In this document: positions 49,953 to 64,000 of the stretch, in pieces
Position numbering within the stretch: position 1 is the first letter of the stretch
Layout: each line of letters begins with the position of its first letter
NCBI GenBank assembly: GCA_030704615.1
Contig: CM060734.1
Coordinates: 20,336,001-20,400,000 of the forward strand
Length of the DNA: 64,000 bases
DNA from: Takakia lepidozioides
Taxonomy: Eukaryota > Plantae > Bryophyta
Reading direction: 5' to 3'
Notes under the pieces: model-generated
The model's input: the letters and a program-made list of their open reading frames with translations, nothing else
The model's database searches: none
What the model was told of the DNA's origin: nothing
Program-made: the position numbers and the translations under genes

Positions 49953-52900
49953 AGTACGACACCCATACCGGAAGAACTAGAGTTAGATGCTACTCCTTCT
50001 TATTCTTTGCAAGAAAGATTAAGGGAATTGGTATAGGAAGAAGATCAACCACAAGGTGAAAGATCTGAGGTACATCCCTGGATAAAAGATTTGACAGAAA
50101 TCTTTGATAAGAGTTGGCATGGAACACCAAAAGCAGGAACTCCAGTTTCTGAAACGGAAGATGAAGAAGGAGGAGAGGATGTGGCAGAGCCAACGGAGAG
50201 TTCAGACTCTCCAACACCATTGCAATTGAGTTACATGAGTGAAGAAGAAGAAACCCAAGGGCAGAACTTGGAAGATGAAAACAGAGAGAAGAAATTGGAA
50301 GATGAAGAGTATGAAGAAGTAGACCCAACAGCTGAGGTTGAGACTACAACCAGGACATCCCAACCCGTTGGACCTGGATCAAGTGGAGCACTTGGATCAC
50401 ATGCCAACGAAGGTGTCGGCTCAGGGGGGACAGGGAGTGTGGGAAGTAGTGCAACTGGAGCTGGGAATACTGTGAATATAGTGGGGCTAGTAGCAGGGAG
50501 TGCTTAGGGGCCAGCACTTGGTGGAAGTTCCACCACAACTACAACAGGTCCTCAAGGACCAGCACCAGCAAGGGGGCCAGCACCTGTCAGTGGGCAGGGG
50601 GTAGGGCCACAGATGGCGTTACAACCAACACAGGCAAAACCACCTTTTCCAATATATTCAGGAAAAGGGGATCCTGATGTACACATTAGCCAATTTGAGC
50701 ACATGTGTATTGTGAACAATGAGAATGACGATGATGCCAAAATGAGACTGTTTCCTTGTTCACTAATAAAGAAAGCAAATGAATGGTATGCAAGATTCCT
50801 TGATAATCATTTCCTAACCTGGAATGGCTTAAATACAACATTCCAAAATAGGTTCAGGACAAGTAAAACTGAGGATGAAGTGTATGGAAGTTTACAACAG
50901 TTAAAGCAAAAGAAGCATGAAACTGTTGAGGAGTATATGGAAAAGATGGAATTGATGATGAAAAAGTTGGCTGTTGTACCAGCGCCAGGATTACAGAAGA
51001 CTTGATTTGTGAGTGGGCTAAGACCAGAAAAGAAAGTGGATATGCTACCCCATAATACGGTGGAGGAGGCATTTGAAACAGCTAACAAAATTGAGCAATT
51101 GGGAATGCTCAGGAGAGAGAAAAGGGATGATGAGGACTCTGAGGATGAGTCAGATGAGGAAGAAGAGCAAGAGCTCAAGAGGAAGAGTAAGAGGAAGGAA
51201 AAGTTGAAGAGGGATAACTATGCAAAAAGATTGGAAGAAATTTTAAAGAAGTATGCCACAGAGGCTGCAACACGTTGGAGGAAGGGTGTTTGGTGTGCAA
51301 AATGCCAGAATGTAGGCCATACCACAGCTGAATGCCACATGAAGGAGAAACACTGTACTATCTGTAAAATGGATAACCATTCTACTGAGAATTGTTACTA
51401 CAACAGAAGAACAGCTGCAAGAGAACCTAGGCAAGTAAGGGTGCATCAAGTGCAGCCCCAGCCAAGAAGAAATAATGAACATGACCACTATGGAAGGCTT
51501 GGTGGTTATAACAATGGTATGGAAAGGAGAGGTAATCCAAAAGAGAATTACCAAGGCAATCCTAGAGGCAACTATCAGGGTAATCCAAGGGGGAATTACC
51601 AGCCAGGGAATTAGGATTATAGAAACAATCCCAGAACAGACCAAGGGCGAGGACCTAATGGGGAAGAACTGTGTTACTATTGTAATTAGGCAGGACATCG
51701 TAAGGCAGCCTGCCCATTCTAGATCAGACACCAGAATGAGATGAGAGCTCCTGTGAATGAGGGCCCAGTGGTGGCAGCTCACATGGTTAGGCCATGTGTT
51801 GTACCAGAAGTAAGTACAATGACAGTAACCAGAAGCAAAACTAAATTAATACCTCCAGTAGATGAGGAAGGTGATGATAAGGAAGATGGCAGTGATGTGC
51901 CTGAAGATGATGAGGCTTGGAGAGATGAGAGGGAACTGCACAAGGAAGTGGCAGATACTGTAAGGGAAATGCAGAAGAGTACTGATATCCCTATGGCAGA
52001 TTCCTCTGATTCTGGAAGAGAAGATGAAGAGAGTGAGGATGAAGGAAAGAAAGAAGCTGCAGAAGTGCAGAGTAATGAAGGGACTTTGGCTGAAGTAATA
52101 TGCCAGTCCAAAGCGGAGATTACCATTGGACAGCTATTGGCTGTGGCACCTCATTGTAGGCACAGGTTATATCAAGCAATTAATCAGATTGCTCATGTGA
52201 CAGGGAACACAGACCTGAATAGCAAGGTGAGAAGCTATATTGTGAAGCCGGAAGGGCAAGAAACAATCATGGACTTTGATGATTCTATGCCAGTAATCCA
52301 ATTGAGAATTGGAAGCACAGACTTGACTGATGTACTGATAGATGGAGGCTTTGGAGTGAATATCATAACAGACCAATTAAGGCAGAGGCTTGGTTTAAGT
52401 AACATGAAACCAGCCCCATTCACAGTAACAATGGCAGATCAAAGAAGTGTTCAGCCATTGGGTTTGATAAGAGGAGTTAAGATACAGATTCAAAAGATGA
52501 TCTTTAAGATCACAGTGATTGTGTTGAAAATGGATGATGTCATGGAAGCTTACTCCTTATTGCTGGGTCGACCATGGCTGAAAACATGCCAGGGTATTCC
52601 ATGACTAGAATTCCCAGTTACTAACTGTGCATGATGTGAAGCACAAGATAAAAATCACCACAAAGAAATCTAGTAGACTACCTGCTACGAGAAGACCTTG
52701 GGGAGTCAGAGAGTATGACTGGAGGAGAGGACTTGATGAGGAGCAAGAAGCTACCCTAATCGCTGCACACCACACCCGGAGTGGGAGCAGGTTGCAGAAA
52801 TGCAACTGGAGGGCCTAAGTTGTTTAAAAGGTATCTGATGTGGTGTAGTGACAGCAACATCAATTGAGGGTGAAACAAGCAGTTACCCACCACATTTCTA

Positions 52901-54425
52901 TGAAGAAAGAGAGGGAGAAATGGAAATCCTAGGAGAACCAACTACTGTGAGTTTACAGGATGAAGTAGTGACTGGTTGGACAATCACAGCTGATGAGCAG
53001 GTGAGAGAAGTGAATGTGGGAACTGAGGAGGAATCGAGAATGGTGAAAGTAGGGGCTGACTTGGAGCCAAAATTCTTTGAGGAAGCTAAGAGTCTGTTCA
53101 TCAAATACAGAGATGTATTTGCTTGGAGCTACAAGGATCTGAAAGGGATACCCCCTGAGATCTGTCAGCATAAGATTGAACTGGAACCAGGGTCAGTACC
53201 AATCAAACAGGCAAGGTACAGAATGAATCCCAACTATGCACAAAAGGTTGGGGAAGAGATCAAGAAGTTGGCTGAGGCTAAGTTTATATACCCGATAGAG
53301 TATACAACTTGGTTGTCACCCATTGTGATAGTTCCCAAGAAGAATGGCAAACTGAGAGTTTGTGTGAACTATAAGAAGTTGAATGCTTGTACGAAGAAAG
53401 ATCCTTTCTCTTTGCCATTTACAGCAGCGGTATTGGACACTGTGGCAGGCCATGAGATGTACTCATTCATGGATGGCTTCAATGGTTATAATCAAGTGCA
53501 AGTGGCAGAAGAAGACTAGGGAAAGATAGCTTTCATCACAGACTGGGGTGCTTATGCATACAAAGTCATGCCTTTTGGACTTTGTAATGCACTAGCAACC
53601 TTTCAGAGAGTGATAAGTGAATCTTTCCATGAGTATCTGGATGATTTCATGCAGGCGTTCTTAGATGATTTCAGTGTGTACAGCTCTAAGAGTGAGCACT
53701 TGCATAAATTGGAGTTACGTTTGGCCAGATGCAGGATGAGAGGTTTGGGCCTGAATCCAGAGAAGTGTACTTTCTGTGTGAACTCAGGGGTACTTTTGGG
53801 ACACAGTGTGTGTAAGAGGGGACTTCTTGTGGATCCCAGAAAGACAGAGGCCATTAAAGCCTCTCCACCACCAGTAAATGTTAAGAGTCTAAGGAGATTT
53901 CTTGGACAAACCAGTTATTACAGAAGATACAACTACACCTGTGCTGATTAACCCCCACTGGCATGTAGTGTTTCATGTTCACTGTGATGCCTCAGGAGAA
54001 GCATTGGGAGCAATATTAGCCCAAAATGTTACAGGAAACATAAATTCACCTGTGTATTATGCTAGCAAATGATGAACAATGCTGAAAGGAACTATAGCAC
54101 AACTGAAAGAGAAGGACTGACAATGATTTATGCAGTCAAGAAATTCAGGCATTACCTATTGGGAAGGAAGTTTATGTTTTATGTGGATCATCAGGCTCTG
54201 ATATATCTGGTGAACAAACCTTTGATAAGTGGAAGGATAGCAAGGTGGTTAATAATCTTGCACGAGTCTGAGTTCGAGGTTGTTTACAAGCCTGGTCGTT
54301 TGCATCTTGTGGCAGATCACTTGTCACGCCTATCAATAGGAGAGCCAGCCACAGGAGTAGACGACCAACTACCTGATGCGAGTTCATTTGCAGTGGAGAT
54401 ACAGGGAAGTGCAGATGACTAGTTA
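49953..54425 (+). pseudogene. gag-PR-RT-RNase H of A2
   Basis: Same motifs as A1, with many stops and a small deletion near 53927. Confidence 0.93.
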
Positions 54426-55992
54426 GTTCTGACGTTAACCCGCGTCCACCTGTCACTGACCCTATGGACTGTGTAACCCGCATGGACTGTGTTGGGCTGT
54501 GATAAGCTATGTCGGACTGTGGTGAACTGTGATAGGCTGAGTGACACTGCGATGGGCTGTGATAGGCTGTGTCACACTGTGATGGGCTGTGATAGGCTGT
54601 GTGGCACTGTGATGAACTGTGATAAGCTGTGTGACACTGTGATGGGTTGTGATAGCTATGCAAACACCTGTACTTCCCCCCTCGGTCATACACACTCGGC
54701 TTAGCGACAAGTGCTCCATACTCCATTGGTAGCACCAGCGCAACCCGTGACTGTTTTTGTGTTTTAACATGCAAATCGTGCTGCAATGGTTTGTCATGGA
54801 TACCACTGTATCCCTTCAACTTATTGGCATTGACTCTTCCCAACATTTCTTTGTTAATGGTTTGTAACATGGCGGTGTTATTATCATACATCTTCTGTAT
54901 GACATAAGGTCCTTTCCATGGTGATTTAAGCTTAGAAGCTTTAATCTTCCTCTTCTTCTGCAACCACAGTACCAAATCTCCCGTCTTAAAAGTCTTTAAT
55001 TCTGGTCATGTTATCTGCTGCATCAGCACGTACTTCCTCCACATGGTATAATTCATGTGTCCTGACTTTAATTGAATCTTCCAATTCCATTCTCCTTCCC
55101 CATTCAGTTCTCATAGTAGGTAACAAGAATTCCACTGGAAGTAAAGCTTACATACCATAAACTAACTGGAATGGTGTATACTTAGTGGTGACTTTATATG
55201 AAGTCCTGTATGACCACAAAGCTGTCAGCAGCTTTATATCCCAATCTGTTCTGTTCGCATTGACTATCTTAGCCAAGATAGTACATAGTATTTTGTTGAT
55301 GGCTTCTGCCTGCCCATTACCCTGTGGGTAATAAGTTGTACTTTTTATATGCACAATCATAAACTCTTTAGTCAATAATTCTATGGTCTCATTAATGAAG
55401 TGACTTCCCTGGTTACTGATAAATCGAAGGGGGCAGCCAAATCTTGTAAGTATGTTCTCATACAGGAACCTTGCTGTGGACTTAGCTGTGTTGTCCCTCA
55501 GAGCTTTAGCTTCCACCCACTTTGTAGTATAATCAGTGGCTGTGATTATGTACTTGTTATGTGCATTTCTGGCTGGTGGGTTAGTTGGTCCAACAAAGTT
55601 TAGTCCCCATTTCTGAAATGGTTCAGTAGGCATCGTAGGATGCAAAGCCATCTTTCCAGATCTCTGCAATGGTCCTAGCCTCTGACACTCATCACAACTC
55701 TTACAATACTTGTGTACATCCTTGAACAAAGTAGGCCACCAGTACCCTGCAAGTAGGATATTTCTACTGGTAGTCTCTTCTCCAAAATGACCTCCAGCCA
55801 CTCCTTTATGAACTTCCTCCAAAACTTTATTTACTTCATGGTGGTATAAGCATCGTTTAAGTAATCCATCAGGTCCTAGCTTATACATTCTGTCCCCTAC
55901 CATAGTGTAAGGTAAAGCCTTGATAGCAATTCTCTTCCTCTGCTCCTTCCCATAACTAGGTGGGCACTGTCCATGAGTAAGGTAGTATCTGA
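54426..55992 (-). pseudogene. Integrase and downstream minisatellite of A2, inverted
   Basis: ORF 55148..55903 (integrase HHCC and core) and ORF 54172..54975 (GPY tail) are on minus, inside a plus-strand element. Confidence 0.93.
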
Positions 55993-58900
55993 AAGAGAAG
56001 TTTGGAAGTCAAACTCGGAGAATGTGCCACGCGGACAGGGGAAGTCGGAGGCATGTCTAAAAACGAACACGTGGCCACTAGGGCGAAACACACCGCTGTG
56101 CATATATTGCAAAAGTGGGTATCATCATGCAAGAGGACAAATCGGGCCGTCAAAGTACCTACCCGGTACATCAGCCAAAACTATTTGTGGGCCCATTAAT
56201 GCATTCAGGGCAGGGGTAACGGAACCCTTTCCGAGTACAGAAAAGAGGGACTTTTGCCACATGTGCTGTCTTACTGGACATTCCAGGTGGGAATGTCCAC
56301 GGAGGGGGGTAGAATTAAAAAGTTACCTAAGCAAGCAACAGCCAATCAAGAGCGAGAATTTCATGCAGGTGGTTCCCTCCAAGAACAAGAACAAAAAATT
56401 GGAAGAGTTATGAGCGGAAGAGTCGGGATGGCTCCGAATAGCCCGTGTCTCGACGGGAGGGGCAATCAAAGCTATAGCTTTATAGCTATGGCAGATATAA
56501 CGGATTACACGCTCGCTTTACTTCTTATGCAGTGGCGCAAGGACGGACGAATTGAGAGTACATTCTCTCTCACTCGATACTTGCAAGCCCCACAGGCTTA
56601 CACGCACTTACCTGTTCCATTCTGTGCCAACCATACCTTTATGCTCTGTGCCCTGCAAGCTTTCCTTCAGCTGTTTCAAACAAGGCCTTTTTGTTTGTCT
56701 AGAATGAAGAGAGTGAGGGGAATGGAGGATATCAGGGTGAAGAGCACCACGATTCTGCAGAAGCAAACAATTGCTACACCGCAGGCAGTGCAGCTGCTGA
56801 GGGAGTTGCGATTGGAGGGGCTGCTACGCAAGGACTGGTCCTTGCATCATTGGCAGTATATGATTCAATTTCTTTAGAACTTTGAGCCTCGGACGGGAGT
56901 TACCCAGGTGAGGGGAGTAGATATAGCAATTACTCCCCAGTACTTGCAGCAATTGTTTGATTTGCCATCGGGTCATGTGGATGTGGATGAGCACAGGGCA
57001 AGATTGCAGATAGGGAATTTGTTCCAAGAAGGGAGTTTCTTTAAGACTCAAGGTTACGCTTGTACCAAAGCCGAGTACCCAGGGCTCAGAGAGGTTGGCC
57101 AAATATTGAACGTTCTGTTTGCCATGAAACAGAACCAACAATATTTGAGCAGGTCATTCACAGAGGGGAGAGGATGTAGCTTGGGCAGAGTTAATGTACA
57201 ATGGTCTGGTGGAAGAGATGAAGAGGTTACAGGGCACTGCTGCTAAGTCTCCGATCATTGTGTCTGGTCCAGTCATTGCCCAAATCATTCTTGACTCTTG
57301 CATACTTGATACTCGGGAACGTAAGGAGATGGGAGTGTTTGAGGCAGTAACCACTGTAATTGAAGAGCAGGGCTCTTCACATAGTGAGGGTGGACTGGCA
57401 GGGCAACACCAGTCTAAGAGACAGAAGCAGGGTATGACTGTAGTGGCGGATCCACTGGCTTCACGGAAACCGCAAGATGATGTTTCCCAAGCTCTTGTGC
57501 AGGATGGGGCACAGCAGTACAGAGGGCTGTTATTATTGGAAGCACGGCCTTTGGAGAGGGAAGAAGAAGTCACTTCGGTACCATAGCCATCACAGCCAGT
57601 TGCCTCAGTTGTCTCAGAGGTTCCACAGTTAGAACATGTTGTGATACCAGAGCCTATTGCTCTGGACGGAGAAAGGTTGGACATTCCCACTACAGAGCAG
57701 GTCGTGGCAGAAATTGAGAAGGGTGACCTTCTCTATGAAAACTCTGGCTTGGTAAGGGAATCAGTGGTTCCAGAGGTGCAGAGTTTGTCCAGGGAAATCC
57801 CTGCTGTGCATGTAATACCCACACCTGTGGCGGAGGTACCAGGGGTAGAATATAAGGACATTGTAGCACCTGTGGAGGATGAGGGGGTTCAGGAAGAGGA
57901 CCTGGTGGGACAATGGCCTGAATGGTTGGTGAAACATCACACTGTGGAGGATCAGGGAGAACAGCAACAAGTTCACCATGAAGACCCACAGCAGGCATGC
58001 TTATGAGTTCCATAAGCATGACACTCAATTTGTTGGGCACTTATGTGAAATCCCATGTTCCATCTACACAATTGGCAACTTTGAGGGAAGAACTCAGGAA
58101 GGAGTTTGAGACTAGACTTGCCACCGAGTGTACAAACAAGGTGGATGTGGAGGCCAACCTCAAGTTGCAAAAAGAATTGGAGGACACAAAGGCTGCCTTG
58201 GACATGGCTGAGGGGAATTTGATTGAAGCAGGTCTCGAGGAGGAGAAGTTGCATGAAGCACATAAGCAACAGTTATACCAATTGCAGGTGAAGCATGAGG
58301 GCAAGTTGCAGGAAGTGAACGTGCTACATACAGAGTTGGAGGTAGTTCATCAAAGAATGACCATACAGTGTGCCACACTAACAACTGCTCTGGAGCAAAC
58401 TGCATTAGAAGTTAACAGACAAGGGGAGAGATGTATGATGACAAAAGCTGAGATAATAGAGCAAGGGAAACTCATTGTTGATTTAAAGGCTACAATCTGT
58501 CGCAATGAGAATACTTTCCAACAGTACAGTCAGGTTGAGGCTGACCAGGAGAGGTACATCCTAGAGTTGCAGCAAACAGTCATGGTCAATAGAAATGAAC
58601 TCTCTGTGGCTAACAAGGCTTGGAAGGAAGCCAATAATCTGGCTGCTGCCTATGCGGGGCTGGTTGAACCTCATGCGAAACGCATGGAGGCTTTACAGCA
58701 GCAGTTAGATGTATACAAACTCAACGAGGAGCAGACTCTCAGGGGTTCCACACAGGACTTGGTGGATAATCACCTTATGCAGGTATGGTTAGCACAAGGG
58801 CTGGTAGAAGGCAAAGCACCAAGGAAGCTCACCCAGGGCGAGATGAATGATCTCAGATTGTAGGTGCAGAACATTGCCACAACTACTATAGACAATGTCT

Positions 58901-60240
58901 ACAGTAGGATAGCGGAGTTACAGGAGGATGTGGAAGGCCTGTAGACTCAAGTGGAAGACCTGAGTTCAAATATTGACAAGAGAGTCTTTGTTCCTGAGGA
59001 GCAGCTGATGGCTACTTATTTGCATGTCAAGACTCTAATTTTTCAGTCTTCTTTGCAGGGGGTGCAAGAGATGCCCATGGTAGAAGGGCCAGTGGTGTCA
59101 ATACCACAGCAGGTGCCTGTGCAGGTAGTTGACCCTGTTGCTATTACAGCAAAACCACAGCCTGAGGTACGGGGGGATGCTGCTTTTAACCCACCTAGGA
59201 CTCCTGCTGCACGGGAGTACAGTCGGGCTATGATTATGCTCTTCAACCAAATTCCCATTGTGCTGGATTTGGCTTGGAAGGAATTTAGTCCTCCACAGTC
59301 GTTGGCACATTACTACCAGATCATGCGCATTTGGTTGCCAGTGGCAACTCGGACTAAGGTTCTTCCGAACAATCGACCCATTGAGGATCATCACTTTGCA
59401 AGGTACTGGTCTGAGGCAGGCACCATGCTGAAGGAATTAATCGCCTTCCAGGTTGTACATGGGTACATCTATACTAAGACCAAGGAGGTATCTAGTATTG
59501 TCATGGGCTGTGGATTATACTATGCTGCTTGTTTCATGGCACATTATCACATTGAGCAGCAGAAGATGCAATCACGATTTCTGAGTTATTCCAGTGGGGA
59601 TCATTGGGTCTTACCTTCTGTGCCACCTCATATGTACCTGTATGATGCAAAGGTTATGATGCAGAAAGATTCCCAACTTCGTTCTTGGTTTAATTTGGCT
59701 TGGAACAACTTGACAATGGAGAAATTCGACCCTGATGATATTTTCTATAAGGGACATGAAGCCTGGAAATACTTACATTGTTCCAAAGTCATTGGCACAC
59801 CTCTCACCTATACGGCTAAGGAGTTCAGGGCGTTCACTCATTTTGCTTGCACGCGCTTACAGCAAGTAGTACAGTTTAAGCTTCCAGACATGGTGGGACA
59901 ACATTGTATGCCACGCAGGATTCCAGAGAAGCCACTTAAAGTTCATCCGTTAAAACACCTAAGGGGGGACAATGATTCTGATACTACTGGTTCTTCAGGG
60001 GACTCTTTGACATGGCAGAGGACTATGCACTTTAGATGGCAGAGAAGAAACGACAGGGATCTCCTATGCCTGAGAGGTTACCTCGTTATCAACCACAGGA
60101 GGGTCAGACATTTCCAGGTAGTGCTCAATCGCCTTCATCAGCCAGTGATAGGGCTCAGGCTCGCACACGGAGTCCTTCACGAGACTCTCACCGTCAGAAG
60201 GGTGCTCGCTCACAAAGGTTTGCTGATCCTAAACAGTAAA
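55993..60240 (+). pseudogene. Long extra sense ORF downstream of pol in A2
   Basis: Pieces from 55973..56413 (CHMCCLTGHSRWEC) through 58951..60246. Homologous to 7640..11400, and retains about 0.45 kb (57240-57680) that is absent from A1. Confidence 0.82.
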
Positions 60241-60277
60241 CCGTGAGGACACGGCTTTTTGAGAGGGGGAGGGGTAA

Positions 60278-61201
60278 TGTTAGGGGGTTGCTTGGGACTT
60301 AGACGCTTTTACGGGTTCTGTGGGGTACCCTTAATTTTTGCGCAGACTTACGGATGGTAGACTAAGACCAACAGGAGCCTTAAGGGTGGCAGGCGCAGGC
60401 TTTAGGGGGGGTAGACAGCCCGACACAGTCTATCACAGCTTCGCACAGCCAGTCACAGCCCGTCACAATCTATCACAGCTTCGCACAGCCAGTTACAACC
60501 CGACACAGCTTTACACAGCCAGTCACAGCTCACAACAGTCACAGCTCGGCACAGCTTGACACATCCTGTCACAGCGTATATGGGGAACATTTATCATTGA
60601 CAGGGAACGACTGTGTGGGAACAACATCTGCAGAGGGAACGTGTTACTTCAGGGGTGACAGTTAGTTAGTTAGGTGGTTAGAACAGTTTGCGGGTAGATT
60701 AGGCAGGGCGGCAACAGGAAGGGGATCACTTCTTGAGGAGCGCGACTTGGTCAAGGGAGGAGGAGACGAAACGGAGAGCGGAAACAGCAAAGAGGAGATG
60801 ATGACTTGATTGAGGCTTAATTCATGCAAGCTATAGAATCATACAGTAGGGTAGATTAGGGACACAATGGCATAGGCCTGATACTTGATTAATCTTAATC
60901 TGATACTTATTCGATACAAACATACTGTGTAGAGAGACATGAGAGAAGTTGTGGAATGAGTGCATGACTGATTGGAACTTGGTAGATACTGAAGCAATCT
61001 GATGCTTCAGTATACACAGTAAGGTAATTGATAACATGAAGGTAAGAAGGAATACAAATAGGAAGCACAACCATGATTCACTAGCTATAGGTCATGACTG
61101 ATTGTTTTGAGCGGGCTGAGTGCTTAGAGATATCCAACTCTTCTATCTTGGAGTTTCCACCTCGGATAACGAAGGAATGGGTGAGTAAAAGCCGCTTGAC
61201 A
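60278..61201 (+). repeat. 3' LTR of A2
   Basis: TGTTAG...TTGACA after the PPT. Clearly homologous to, but diverged from, the A1 LTRs. Confidence 0.92.
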
Positions 61202-64000
61202 GAGTAAGAAGAAAGAAAAGTTGAAGAGGGAAAACTATGAGAAAAGACTGGAGGAGATTTTGAAGAAGTATGCCACAGAGGCTGCAACACATTGGAGGGA
61301 GGGTGTTTGGTGTGCTAAATGTCAGAATGAAGGCCATACCACAGCTGAATGCCACATGAAGGAGAAACATTGTACTATCTGTAAAATGGATAACCGTTCT
61401 ATTGAGAATTGTTATTACAACATAAGGACAGCTACAAGAGAACCTAGGCAAGTAAGGGTGCATCAAGTGCAGCCCCAGCCAAGAAGAAACAATGATCAAG
61501 ACCACTATGGAAGGCCTGGTGGTTATAACAATGGTATGGCAGGGAGAGGTAATCCAAGAAGGAATTACCAGCCAGGGAATCAGGATTATAGAAATAATCC
61601 CAGAGTAGACCAAGGGAGAGGACCTAATGGGGAAGAACTGTGTTACTATTGTAACCACGCAGGACATCGTAAGGCAGCCTGTCCATTCTGGATCAGACAC
61701 CAGAATGAGATGAGAGCTCCTGTGAATGAGGGCCCAGTGGTGGCAGCTCACATGGTTAGGCCATGTTTTGTACCAGAAGTGAGTACAATGATAGTGACGA
61801 GAAGCAAAGCTAAACTAATACCTCTAGTGGATGAGGAAGAAGATGATAATGAGGATGGCAGTGATGTGCCTGAAAATGATGAGGCTTGGAGAGATGAGAA
61901 AAACTACATAGGAAGAATACTGATATCCCTATGGCAGATTCTTCTGAATCTAATAGAGAAGATGGAGAGGGTGAAGATGAAGTGAAGAAAGAAGTTACAC
62001 AAGTGCAGAGTAATGAAGGGACTCTGGCTGAAGTAATATGCCAGACCAAAGCTGAGATTACCATTGGACAGCTATTGGCTGTAGCACCTCATTGTAGGCA
62101 CAGACTGTATCAAGCAATTAATCAGATTGCTCATGTAACAGAGAACACAGACCTGAGCAGCAAGGTGACAAGTTATAATGTGAAGCCTGAGGGGCAAGAA
62201 ACAGTCATGGACTTTGATGATTCTATGCCAGTAATCCAATTGAGAATTGGAAGCACAGACTTGACTGATGTACTGATAGATGGAGGCTCAAGAGTGAATA
62301 TTACGACAGACCAATTAAGGCAGAAGCTTGGTCTGAGTAACATGAAACCAGCCCCATTTACAGTAACAATGGCAGATCAAAGGAGTGTACAGCCTTTAGG
62401 CTTGATAAGAGGAGTTAAGATACATATTCAGAAAATGATCTTTAAGATCACAGTGATTGTGTTGAAAATGGATGATGTTATGGAAGCTTACTCCTTATTG
62501 CTGGGTCGACCATGGTTGAAATAGGCTAGGGTATTCCATGATTGGAATTCCCAGTTACTGACTGTGCATGATGGGAAGCACAAGATACAAGTCACCACTA
62601 AGAAATCTAGTAGGCTACCTGCTACCAGAAGACCTCGTGGAGTCAGAGAGTATGACTGGAGGCGAGGACTTGATGAGGAGCAGGAGGCTACCCTGCTTGC
62701 TGCACACCCAGAGTGGGAGCAGGTTGCAAAAATGCAACTGGGAGGCCTGAGATGTTTTAAAGGTATCTGCTGTGGTGCAGTAACAACAACACCAATTGAG
62801 GGGGAAACAAGTAGTTACCCACCACATTTTTATGAGGAAAGAGAGGGAGAAATGGAAATCCTAGAAGAACCAGCTACAGTGAGTTTACAGGATGAAGTAG
62901 TGGCTGGATGGACAATCACAGCTGAAGAGTAGGTGAGAGACGTGAACGTAGGAACTGAGGAGGAACCAAGAATGGTGAAAGTAGGGGCTGACTTGGAGCC
63001 AGAATTCTTTGAGGAAGCTAAGAGCCTGTTTATCAAATACAAAGATGTATTTGTTTGGAGTTATGAGGATCTGAAAGGGATACCACCTGAGATTTGCCAG
63101 CATAAGATTGAACTGGAACCAGGGTCGGTACCAATCAAACAGGCTAGGTACATAATGAATCCTAACTATGCACAGAAGGTTGGGGAAGAGATCAAGAAGC
63201 TGGCTGAGGCTAAGTTCATATACCCAATAGAGTATACAACTTGGTTGTCACCCATTGTGATAGTTCCCAAGAAGAATGGCAAACTGAGAGTTTGTGTGAA
63301 CTATAAGAAGCTGAATGCATGTACAAAGAAAGATCATTTTCCTTTACCATTCACAGAAGCTGTACTGGACACCGTGGCAGGCCATGAGATGTACTCATTC
63401 ATGGATGGCTTTAGTGGGTATAATCAAGTGCAAGTGGCAGAAGAAGACTAGGGAAAGACAGCATTCATCACGGACTGGGGTGCTTATGCATACAAAGTCA
63501 TGTCTGGACTTTGTAATGCACCAGCAACTTTCGAGAGGGTGATAAGTGAATTTTTTCACGAGTATCTGGATGATTTCCTGCAAGTGTTCTTAGATGACTT
63601 CAGTGTGTATAGCTCTAAGAATGAGCACTTACAGAATTTGGAATTATGTTCGGCCACATGCAGGATGAGAGGTCTTGGGTTGAATCCAGAAAAGTGTACT
63701 TTCTATGTGAACTCAGGGGTACTTCTGGGACACATTGTGTGTAAGGGAGGACTGCTTGTGGATCCCAGAAAGACAGAGGCCATTAAAGCATCTCCACCAC
63801 CAGGAAATGTTAAAAGTCTAAGGAGATTCCTTGGACAAACCAGTTACTATAGAAGGTTTGTCAGACGGTATGCACAGATGGCAACACCTTTGAGCAAGCT
63901 TTTGAAGAAGGATGCAATATTTACATGGACAGCTGAATGTCAGCAGGCTTTTGATGAACTTACATTGTCAGTAACAACTACACCTGTGCTGATTAACCCT
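61202..64000 (+). pseudogene. Family A copy 3: gag (from mid-gene), protease and RT, running off the window
   Basis: Starts in mid-gag immediately after the A2 LTR. CCHC knuckles, DGGSRVNI protease and RT motifs as in A1 and A2. Confidence 0.93.

Larger units (their letters stand above)
49953..61201 (+). mobile_element. Family A copy 2, 5'-truncated, with an internal inversion
   Basis: Collinear with A1 from the gag N-terminal extension through the PPT (GAGAGGGGGAGGGGTAA, 60261-60277) to the 3' LTR. Confidence 0.93.

Noticed and set aside
55993-60240. Calling the extra ORF a retroviral env
   Set aside because: The position fits, but I see no signal peptide or clear transmembrane segment.

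Overview
This is a eukaryotic, plant-type window made almost entirely of nested and decayed transposable elements. I see no intact host gene. The TE families suggest a non-seed plant or streptophyte, but that is inference. Left to right: (1) the 3' end of a chromovirus. (2) A probable giant hAT DNA transposon (~2.4-36.3 kb; ~16 kb without nested inserts). It carries a hAT transposase, a protein kinase and a RING-H2 gene, all now disrupted, plus three consecutive fold-back hairpins and three arrays of a GCGACCGCC-N6-GGCGGTCGC palindrome. Nested in it are a full-length non-chromovirus Ty3/Gypsy (family A, 6484-19494, TSD GCACA, internal pol inversion) and a CACTA element (21265-26094, TSD AGT). 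(3) A second Gypsy (B) interrupted by a third (C). The Pol of C encodes a C5 cytosine DNA methyltransferase domain between protease and reverse transcriptase. (4) An unclassified ~2 kb repeat-rich element D with an orphan ORF. (5) Two more nested family A copies. The strongest candidates for a notable system are the DNMT-carrying LTR retrotransposon and the cargo-carrying hAT. All coordinates were read by eye; boundaries without a TSD are approximate.
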